A DNA stretch of 19,170 nt from the NCBI GenBank assembly GCA_031409655.1, contig JANNXQ010000136.1, forward strand, positions 1 to 19,170, written 5' to 3'. Positions 8,802 to 15,485 of this stretch are shown piece by piece. The notes below the pieces were generated by a model, which was given only the letters and a program-made list of their open reading frames with translations, was not told the origin of the DNA and did no database searches. This stretch comes from Chthoniobacteraceae bacterium (GTDB taxonomy: Bacteria > Verrucomicrobiota > Verrucomicrobiia > Chthoniobacterales > Chthoniobacteraceae). Position 1 is the stretch's first letter; every line of letters begins with the position of its first letter. The translations under genes were made by a program, and so were the position numbers.

Positions 8802-9743
8802 CTAACTGCGGACCTTGCTCGGGAAGAGACCCTGTGGCCGGAGCATGAGGATCACGACGATGGCGAGGAGAGTCATGACCTTGCCCATCGTGCCCTCTAG
8901 GAAAAACTCGGAGATCGACTGCGCCTGCGCGATGGAGAAGGCGGAGATGATGGTGCCGAACAGGCTGGCCGCGCCGCCAAAGACGACGACGAGAAAGGTA
9001 TCCACAATGTAGCGCTGGCCGCTGTCCGGTCCCGTGGAGCCGATGGTGGTGAAGGCCGCTCCCGCAACTCCGGCGATGCCGCAGCCAAGGGCGAAAGTGA
9101 AGCGGTCCACGAGGCCGGTATTGATGCCGACGGCGCCACTCATCGCGCGGTTTTGGACCGTGGCCCGCATGTGCAGTCCGGTGCGCGAGCGGAACATGAA
9201 GGCCCACACCCCGAGGGTCAGCACGAGCGCGAGGACCATGACGAAAACGCCATTGATCGGGATATCGATGGTGTCCGTGGGCTTAAAGGAACCCATGAGC
9301 CATTCCGGCAGCGTGGGTGTGACTTCCCGGGCTCCGAAGGAGGAACGGAAGGCCTGCTGCATGATGAGACTGAGGCCCCAAGTCGCGAGCAGCGTGTCGA
9401 GCGGTCGCTTATAGAGGAAGCGGATGATGCTCCATTCCACCAAGGTTCCGGCAAGTGCGGCGACGATGAAGGCGATGACGATCGCGAAGATGAAGTAGTA
9501 GGGAGCGAAACTTGGGAAGTGGTTCGTCGTGATCTCCGAGCAGAGATAGACGATGTAAGCGCCGAGGGCCATGAACTCCCCGTGGGCGAGATTGACCACG
9601 CCCATCTGGCCGAAGATGATCGCGAGGCCCAGCGCCATGAGCAGCAGCACGCTAAAGAGGCTAAAGCCGGCAAAGCCCTGCATGATGAAGATCGAGCGCA
9701 TCTCGTCCATCGTGTAGGCGAGGGAGACATAGGGAATAGACAT
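8802..9743 (-). CDS. urtB: Urea/amide ABC transporter permease UrtB (short type)
   Basis: LMALGLAIIFGQMGVVNLAHGEFM, LYKRPLDTLLATWGLSL, YIVDTFLVVVFGG and RPQGLF. Confidence 0.94.
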   Translation of the reverse strand: MSIPYVSLAYTMDEMRSIFIMQGFAGFSLFSVLLLMALGLAIIFGQMGVVNLAHGEFMALGAYIVYLCSEITTNHFPSFAPYYFIFAIVIAFIVAALAGTLVEWSIIRFLYKRPLDTLLATWGLSLIMQQAFRSSFGAREVTPTLPEWLMGSFKPTDTIDIPINGVFVMVLALVLTLGVWAFMFRSRTGLHMRATVQNRAMSGAVGINTGLVDRFTFALGCGIAGVAGAAFTTIGSTGPDSGQRYIVDTFLVVVFGGAASLFGTIISAFSIAQAQSISEFFLEGTMGKVMTLLAIVVILMLRPQGLFPSKVRS

Positions 9744-9780
9744 GGGTTGAGCGTGGGTTGGATTAATTCATTCAGGGGCA

Positions 9781-9811
9781 AGCGCGACGGGGATCGGACC
9801 CGTCCAGCGCT
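9781..9811 (-). other. Intercistronic stem-loop downstream of urtA, likely an mRNA stabiliser or partial terminator
   Basis: AGCGC-GACGGG-N7-CCCGTC-CA-GCGCT, 19 nt after the urtA stop. Such hairpins are common after binding-protein genes. Confidence 0.55.
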
Positions 9812-9830
9812 CGGGTGGTGCGGCGGTCGC

Positions 9831-11066
9831 TTATTGGTAGCCCTTCGGGAATGGATCGGGTTCGAGCAGCTCGGACTCGTAGAGCACTTTTGCTTGGCCA
9901 TTGGTCTCCCAGACACCGATGCGCAGCTTGCTCCAGAGGTGATGATTCGCGTGGACCTTCACGTAACCTTCGGGTGCTTCTTTGAGTTCAATGCCGGGAG
10001 AAGCAGCCGCGACTTTATCCACATCGAAGCTCCCAGCCTTCTCGACGGCAGCCTTCCAAAGCCACGGTCCGAGGTACCCCGCCTGGGTCACATCCCCGAT
10101 CACGCTCTTTTCGCCATACTTGGCTTTGAAGGCTTTGACGAAGGCGGCGTTGTTCGGGTTATCGAGGCTCTGGAAGTATTTCATCGCCGCGTAGAAGCCA
10201 GCGAGGTTTTCCCCGCCGATGCCGAGCACTTCGTCTTCCGTCACGGAGATCGTGAGCAAGGTTTGTTTGTCGGCAGTGATGCCGGCGGCTTTGAGCTGCT
10301 TGTAGAAGGAGACGTTACTCCCGCCTACGATGATGGCGTAGATGACGTCGGGCTTCTTGAGTTTGATCTTATTGATCAAGGAGCCGAACTGAGTGTGGCC
10401 GAGGGCGTAGTATTCCTCGCCCACGACGGTGCCCTTGAGCACGTTCTCGATGTGTTTGCGGGCGATTTTATTCGAGGTGCGCGGCCAGATGTAGTCAGAG
10501 CCGATGAGGTAGAAGGTCTTGGCTTTCTTCTCCTTCGCGATCCAATCCAGCCCGGCAAGGATTTGCTGGGTGGCTTCCTGGCCGGTGTAGATCACGTTCT
10601 TCGACTGCTCGAGGCCTTCGTAAAAGGTCGGGTAGTAGAGCATTCCGTTTTCTTTTTCGAAGACCGGCAGCACCGCTTTGCGCGACGCCGAGGTCCAGCA
10701 GCCGAAGACAGCAGCCGCCTTGTCATTCACGAGCAGTTTCTTCGCTTTCTCGGCAAAGGTGGGCCAGTCACTGGCGCCGTCTTCCTTGATGACTTTGATT
10801 TGCCGCCCGAGCACGCCACCCATGGCGTTGATTTGATCGATCGCGAGTTGCTCGGCCTGAATCGATCCGGTCTCGCTGATCGCCATGGTGCCGGTCGCGG
10901 AGTGGAGCTGACCGACGGTGACAGTGGTGTCGGTCACGGCGAGGCCAGTGGTATTCACGTCGGCAGTCGATGCTCCGGCGTAGAGAGAAGGCGCCGTTAG
11001 GGAAGCAGCAAGCAGGAAGCCGAGGAAGGCTCGGCGTCGATAGGTGTGTGCGGTGGTTTTTTTCAT
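9831..11066 (-). CDS. urtA: Urea/short-chain amide ABC transporter substrate-binding protein UrtA (FmdD-like), possible Tat signal
   Basis: GQLHSATGTMAISE, EDGASDWPTFAEKA, FGCWTSASRKAVLP, YPTFYEGLE, GSDYIWPRTSN and NHHLWSK. N-terminus reads YRRRAFLGFLLAA. Confidence 0.96.
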   Translation of the reverse strand: MKKTTAHTYRRRAFLGFLLAASLTAPSLYAGASTADVNTTGLAVTDTTVTVGQLHSATGTMAISETGSIQAEQLAIDQINAMGGVLGRQIKVIKEDGASDWPTFAEKAKKLLVNDKAAAVFGCWTSASRKAVLPVFEKENGMLYYPTFYEGLEQSKNVIYTGQEATQQILAGLDWIAKEKKAKTFYLIGSDYIWPRTSNKIARKHIENVLKGTVVGEEYYALGHTQFGSLINKIKLKKPDVIYAIIVGGSNVSFYKQLKAAGITADKQTLLTISVTEDEVLGIGGENLAGFYAAMKYFQSLDNPNNAAFVKAFKAKYGEKSVIGDVTQAGYLGPWLWKAAVEKAGSFDVDKVAAASPGIELKEAPEGYVKVHANHHLWSKLRIGVWETNGQAKVLYESELLEPDPFPKGYQ

Positions 11067-11104
11067 GTGGTTGTGTGGTTGTTTGGTTGCGGTGGTTGGT
11101 GGAG

Positions 11105-12274
11105 TTAGTGAGTCATGGCGTGGAGGAGGGAGACGTCAGGTGGCGCCTCGGCACGGGGCAGCCGCCCCGCGAGAAGGGTCGGCGGTGTGGCCCGGACAGC
11201 GCCCGCGCAAGCTTCTCGGTAGACGTCCTCGCGGAAGATTTTGGGGATGACATCCCGGCGGAGAACCCGTGATGCGGGGGCCAATTCGCGGACGTGCTCG
11301 AAGACCCTGCGCCCTTTCGCCGCGTCCGGGACATTTGCGCCGCAGCGATGGTAGGTGATGAAGTCGCTGATCGGGCGGGCGCCGCGGCCAGTATCGAAGG
11401 GGCCACTCAGGGAACTGGCGAGGAGCGCTGCGGGAACATCAAGGTAACGCGGCTGCGCCAGCATCTCGATAAGTTCGCCCCGGCACTGCGGACTCTCGCA
11501 GAAGAGACTCGCTTCGGCGAGGGCGCTGATCAGCGCTCGGTGCTCGTGCGTCCGCTCTTCCTCGAATTTTTCCAAGACGAGTAAGACTTTCTCCGGCAAG
11601 CCTGGATCGAGTTCGGCCGAAGTGGCGGCGATCCATCCCATACCCTCCTGGGTCACGATGGAGTTCCACGGCTCGGCAACGCAGTAGCCATCGAGGTGGC
11701 GCTCGGTGAGCCCGCGATGGATCACGGGCGAAGGCACGATCTGGATGCGGACGTCACGATCGGGATCGATGCCTCCACTGCGCAGCCAGGCGCGGAGTTG
11801 CTGATTCTGAGTGGAAAGTTCGAGCACGGCGCCGAAGCGGTAAGTGCGACGGCCACGGTCGCGCTTGATGACGGTTTGCAGCGAAGCGGCATCGCGCACG
11901 CCTGCGTCCCACAGTTCCTTGGAAAGCGTGATGGCACTCCCATTCAAACTCAGCACGAAAGCCGTGAGACAGGGCCGCGGTACGACGCCGAGTCCGCAAC
12001 GAATGCTGAAACCCATGCTGGCGGGCGCATGGACTGCGTCCAGTTCTTCGTGGAGCAGCTTCTCACGGATCGTCGCCCAGCCGACTTCCTTGTGCAGTTG
12101 CACCGAGAGGCCGTGGCGCGCGAAGAGCCCGAGTTCCTGCGCCGCGATGAGCACGGCGCAGTCGATCATCGGCACGAAGCCAATGTGCAGCCTCTCATGG
12201 CGGCCAGGCAATTGGCGGCTCTCGCGAGCAGAGCGTGGTGGTGTGGCTTTTGGCACGAGCGCCGCCATTAGCAC
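11105..12274 (-). CDS. NrtA/CmpA-family binding-fold protein without signal peptide (NasS-like cytoplasmic sensor). Start uncertain: 12274, 12268, 12256 or 12211.
   Basis: IGFVPMIDCAVLIAAQELGLF, EVGWATIRE, LNGSAITLS, LRAWLRSGGIDPDRDV, DGYCVAEPWNS, PEKVL and LAQPRYL. There is no hydrophobic N-terminal segment. Confidence 0.88.
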   Translation of the reverse strand: MLMAALVPKATPPRSARESRQLPGRHERLHIGFVPMIDCAVLIAAQELGLFARHGLSVQLHKEVGWATIREKLLHEELDAVHAPASMGFSIRCGLGVVPRPCLTAFVLSLNGSAITLSKELWDAGVRDAASLQTVIKRDRGRRTYRFGAVLELSTQNQQLRAWLRSGGIDPDRDVRIQIVPSPVIHRGLTERHLDGYCVAEPWNSIVTQEGMGWIAATSAELDPGLPEKVLLVLEKFEEERTHEHRALISALAEASLFCESPQCRGELIEMLAQPRYLDVPAALLASSLSGPFDTGRGARPISDFITYHRCGANVPDAAKGRRVFEHVRELAPASRVLRRDVIPKIFREDVYREACAGAVRATPPTLLAGRLPRAEAPPDVSLLHAMTH

Positions 12275-12285
12275 CGGCAGTGCCA
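12270..12285 (-). promoter_or_regulatory. Putative sigma54 (-24/-12) promoter for the NasS-like/urt/fmd operon
   Basis: The - strand reads (C)TGGCACTGCCGGTGCT, i.e. GG-N10-GC, close to the consensus TGGCACG-N4-TTGCW. It points into a nitrogen-scavenging operon. Confidence 0.6.
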
Positions 12286-12336
12286 GGGCATTTCGCCGAA
12301 CCGACGGAATCGAAGGATGAAAAGCTCTTGCCGCAT

Positions 12337-12355
12337 CTGTGAATCGCTTTCACAG
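12337..12355. promoter_or_regulatory. Palindromic operator CTGTGAA-N5-TTCACAG containing the LysR T-N11-A motif
   Basis: Perfect 7-bp inverted repeat with T12340-N11-A12352, in the divergent spacer upstream of the LysR gene. Confidence 0.65.
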
Positions 12356-12420
12356 TCCGGCTTCGCACTGCCGGGGGTTGCCGTTCGGCAACTCCCCCCA
12401 CTCTGGTCGCGCGTCACGCA

Positions 12421-13359
12421 ATGACCACCATCGACAGTCAGCATCTTCGCGTCGTCTGTGTCCTTGCGCGGCACCTCAATATGAGCCGTGCGGCGCAGGA
12501 GCTGAAGATGACCCCATCGGGCATTAGTCATTGTCTAAAGGCCATCGAGAGCGATCTCGGCTGCCGGCTTTTCGAGCGCAGTTCGCGCCACGTCGCGCTC
12601 ACCGCAGTGGGTGTGGAGTTCCTGAAGGAAGCCGAGGCGATCATCCAGCGGATGACCGATGCGCGGTCGAATCTGCGAACGTTCTCCGACGCGCGCGCCG
12701 GGCAGCTCCGGATCGCGGCAGGCACCACGGCCTCCCAGTATCTACTGCCACCGGCGCTGCGCGAGTTTCGGGAAAGTTTTCCCGGGTGCAGCATTCAGAT
12801 CGCGCTCTGCAACGCGGAGCAGGCAGTGGCGGCGATCGAGAACGGCGACGCTGACCTTGCCGTCGGGGTGCAACCTCCACCGAGCACGGGCGTGACCTTC
12901 ATCCCTCTCGCGGAAGATGAGCTGCGCTACCTCACAAACCCGATGCACCCGTGGGCACTGAATCGCCGCACCGGACGCGATGATGTGAGCGGGCAAAAGT
13001 TCATCCTGCCGGCGCGCGGCACGGCGACGCATGCGCTGATCGAGAGCTACTTCCGCCGAGCGGGCGTGCGGCTCCAGTCTTTCATCGAGATTGGGAATGA
13101 AGAGGTCATCAAACAGTTCGTGCGGCTCGATCTCGGCGTCGCACTGCTCCCGCGCTGGATCGCGGAGACGGAGATCCGCCAGGGCGCGCTCGTCTGCCTG
13201 CCGCTGGGCCGCCGCCGCCTGCGCCGAAGCTGGGGCGTGCTGCATGCGCGCAATCACCGACTCTCATTTGCGGAGTCGATGCTGATCGATCTTTGTCGCA
13301 CCGTAGCGAAGGAGTTGATGGGCGAGCCGACGCGTGAGTTGACGGATTCGCGCAAATGA
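12421..13359 (+). CDS. LysR family transcriptional regulator (CysL/CbbR/CmpR-like substrate domain)
   Basis: 312 aa. HTH NMSRAAQELKMTPSGISHCLKAIESDLGCRLFER, then GQLRIAAG..LLPPALREFRESFP and EVIKQFVRLDLGVALLP. Confidence 0.95.
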   Translation: MTTIDSQHLRVVCVLARHLNMSRAAQELKMTPSGISHCLKAIESDLGCRLFERSSRHVALTAVGVEFLKEAEAIIQRMTDARSNLRTFSDARAGQLRIAAGTTASQYLLPPALREFRESFPGCSIQIALCNAEQAVAAIENGDADLAVGVQPPPSTGVTFIPLAEDELRYLTNPMHPWALNRRTGRDDVSGQKFILPARGTATHALIESYFRRAGVRLQSFIEIGNEEVIKQFVRLDLGVALLPRWIAETEIRQGALVCLPLGRRRLRRSWGVLHARNHRLSFAESMLIDLCRTVAKELMGEPTRELTDSRK

Positions 13360-13530
13360 CCCGCTGAAAAAGTGCGGATTCGGACGCTTAGATGCGCGGA
13401 AATTTTTGTAAGAAAGTTTGGCCAGCGGCCCAGATCTAAACTGCCCGTCGGAACTGATGGCGTTATTTGATCGCGCGCGACGACTCCCCCTTCGATAGGC
13501 GCGCATTTTTCGCCACCCCACGCGCGCTAA

Positions 13531-13692
13531 CAGCCTGTTGAAAAACCTCTGGGGCCTCGGTGGATGGCGTCGCTCCGCGCGCCATGACTCGCTTCGCGCG
13601 CCGTGCCACTCTGAAAGATGGGCCTGCGGCCAGAGTTTGGCATGGCACGCGGAGCGACGCCATCCACCGAGGTTGCGTTTTTCACTTGGCTG
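13531..13692. mobile_element. 162-bp MITE-like non-autonomous element with IS5/IS1182-like ends and a CTAA target duplication
   Basis: Left end CAGCCTGTTGAAAAAC (13531-13546) matches the reverse complement of the right end (13677-13692), CAGCCAAGTGAAAAAC, at 13/16. CTAA lies directly on both sides (13527-13530, 13693-13696). No transposase. Confidence 0.7.
13555..13672. repeat. 32-bp inverted repeat pair (REP doublet / REPIN-like)
   Basis: CCTCGGTGGATGGCGTCGCTCCGCGCGCCATG (13555-13586) matches the reverse complement of 13641-13672 at 31/32, with a 54-nt spacer. Confidence 0.85.
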
Positions 13693-15465
13693 CTAAGCTG
13701 CCACCACCCCGCCCACCGGCTCGACCCACTTGCCGTGCTCGCGGATCAAGTCCTGGAGCCGCTCCACGGCTTCCGCTTCGGGGATGTTGAATTTCACGGC
13801 CTGCTTGCCGACGTAGAGGTTCACCTTGCCGGGCGCGCCGCCGACGTAACCAAAATCCGCGTCGGCCATTTCGCCGGGGCCATTCACGATGCAGCCCATG
13901 ATGGCGATCTTCACGCCTTTCAAGTGCGCGGTCGCCGCTTTGATCTTCGCGGTCGTCGTCTGGAGATTGAAGAGCGTGCGGCCACAGCTCGGGCAGGCCA
14001 CGTAGTCGGTCTTGAAGATGCGGGTGCCGGCGGCTTGCAGGACGTTATACGAGAGCCGCATCGCCTGACCGGGTGCGTCTTCGCCTTGCACGAGGATGGC
14101 GTCGCCGATGCCGTCGCAGAGAAGCGCGCCGAGGTTCGTGGCGGCGGCGAGGAGCGTGGGGAGGAAATCGGCCTGCGGGTCACTGGAGGGGGAAAAGGTA
14201 TCCTTGAGGAGGATCGGATGCCGCGCATCAAGGCTGGCGGCGAGGAGTCGGAACGCGGCGATGACTGGGAGATCCAGGTCGTCGCGGACGGTGACCAATT
14301 GGGGTTCCGCGCTCGCGTTGACTTTCGCGATGCTCGCGGCGTCGCGTGGATCCACTTCGAGCACCTCCGAGTCCTCGTAGATCAGCTCCGGCTGGTAGTC
14401 GCCCATCTGCTTCACTTTGTGCGCGATCTTTTCAAAATTCGCTTTCCGGATCGCGACGCGCACGAGTTGTTCTCCGCCAACTTTGAAACCGCTCCGCTCA
14501 ATAGTCTCAGTCGCGCGCCGCTCATAGACGAAAGGGTCGTAGCTGAGCTTGGAGTTTGGAATTTGGAGTTTGGAGTTTGGAGTTTCCGCGACGCGTGCCA
14601 CCAGAGCGCGCGCCACCGGAATCTCATGCACGCTGTCCTCCGTGAGCGAGACGCGGATGGTATCGCCGAGCCCATCACTGAGCAGGCTCCCAATGCCGAT
14701 CGCGCTCTTAATGCGGCCATCTTCCCCGTCGCCCGCTTCGGTGACGCCGAGATGCAGCGGGTAGTTCCAGTCCGGGCCTTCCTCCGCGAGCCGCGCCGCG
14801 AGCAGGCGATAGGCTTCGATCATTACCTTCGGGTTGCTCGATTTCATCGAGAAGATGAAGTCGTGGTAGCCGAGGGTGCGGGCGATGTGGGCGAATTCCA
14901 GAGCACTCTCGACCATCCCGAGCGGGGTGTCGCCGAAACGGTTCATGATGCGGTCGCTGAGCGAGCCGTGGTTCGTGCCGATGCGCATGGCGCGACCGTG
15001 CTCTTTCAGGAAAAGCACGAGCGGCGTGAACCGTTCGCGGATGCGCTCCAGCTCGGCGGCGTATTGCGCGTCGGTGTATTCGACGATCTTGAACTTCTTC
15101 GAGTCCGCGTAGTTGCCGGGATTAATCCGCACCTTCTCGACCCACTTCGCCGACTCCATCGCGGCGTCGGGTTTGAAGTGGATATCCGCGACGATCGGCA
15201 CGTCGCAACCGCGCTCCCGGAGGCCAGAGACGATGTGCTGTAAGTTCGCCGCATCTTTCACCGTGGGTGCCGTGATGCGCACGATCTCGCAACCGACCAC
15301 CGCCAGATCGAGCGTCTGCTGAATGGACGCCGCCGTGTCCATCGTGTCGCAGGTGATCATCGACTGCACGCGGATCGGATGTTCGCCGCCGACACCGACT
15401 TGGCCGACCATGACGACGCGTGACTTGCGCCGCTCGCAGTTAAAGGGCGACGCGCAATAAATCAT
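13693..15465 (-). CDS. ispG: (E)-4-hydroxy-3-methylbut-2-enyl-diphosphate synthase IspG, long form with insert domain (590 aa, start MIYCASP)
   Basis: PIRVQSM, PIVADIHF, KVRINPGN, RIGTNHGSLSDRI, YPLHLGVTEAG, GDTIRVSLTED, CPSCGR and IMGCIVNGPGEMADAD. The ORF-track extension to 15615 overlaps rseP. Confidence 0.97.
   Translation of the reverse strand: MIYCASPFNCERRKSRVVMVGQVGVGGEHPIRVQSMITCDTMDTAASIQQTLDLAVVGCEIVRITAPTVKDAANLQHIVSGLRERGCDVPIVADIHFKPDAAMESAKWVEKVRINPGNYADSKKFKIVEYTDAQYAAELERIRERFTPLVLFLKEHGRAMRIGTNHGSLSDRIMNRFGDTPLGMVESALEFAHIARTLGYHDFIFSMKSSNPKVMIEAYRLLAARLAEEGPDWNYPLHLGVTEAGDGEDGRIKSAIGIGSLLSDGLGDTIRVSLTEDSVHEIPVARALVARVAETPNSKLQIPNSKLSYDPFVYERRATETIERSGFKVGGEQLVRVAIRKANFEKIAHKVKQMGDYQPELIYEDSEVLEVDPRDAASIAKVNASAEPQLVTVRDDLDLPVIAAFRLLAASLDARHPILLKDTFSPSSDPQADFLPTLLAAATNLGALLCDGIGDAILVQGEDAPGQAMRLSYNVLQAAGTRIFKTDYVACPSCGRTLFNLQTTTAKIKAATAHLKGVKIAIMGCIVNGPGEMADADFGYVGGAPGKVNLYVGKQAVKFNIPEAEAVERLQDLIREHGKWVEPVGGVVAA
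14549..14585. repeat. Heptamer tandem repeat (TTGGAGT)x5 inside ispG
   Basis: TTGGAGT TTGGAAT TTGGAGT TTGGAGT TTGGAGT TT, encoding part of ETPNSKLQIPNSK. Confidence 0.9.
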
Positions 15466-15485
15466 CGGCCGTGCGACGTTGGCGC

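Noticed and set aside
6896..9207. Apparent N-terminal extensions or fusions in the ORF track (6896-8479, 7639-9207; also 2538-3677, 13693-15615)
   Set aside because: The extensions are off-frame read-through of upstream genes. Internal ATGs at 7642, 8796, 3386 and 15465 give normal proteins with tight coupling.
10015..10023. Perfect DnaA box TTATCCACA inside urtA (also a near match at 18797-18805)
   Set aside because: Isolated, within coding sequence and not clustered, so compatible with chance.
9153..11000. Long + strand ORFs (615 aa here; also 2565-3614, 4831-6150, 13618-15243, 15471-17450)
   Set aside because: All are antisense to well-supported genes and have no family motifs.
11057..11063. 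A7 run at the start of urtA as a phase-variation tract
   Set aside because: Short, and explained by ordinary Lys-Lys codons in a signal peptide.
12251..12266. + strand sigma54-like motif TGGCACGAGCGCCGCC pointing towards LysR
   Set aside because: The GG-N10-GC spacing is right but the -12 element is poor (CCGC), and it overlaps the probable coding start of the opposite gene.
12338..12354. CRP/FNR-like site TGTGA...TCACA
   Set aside because: The spacer is 7 nt rather than the 6 required for CRP, and it fits T-N11-A better.
13555..13672. 32-bp repeats as a CRISPR array
   Set aside because: Only two copies, inverted rather than direct, with no cas genes.
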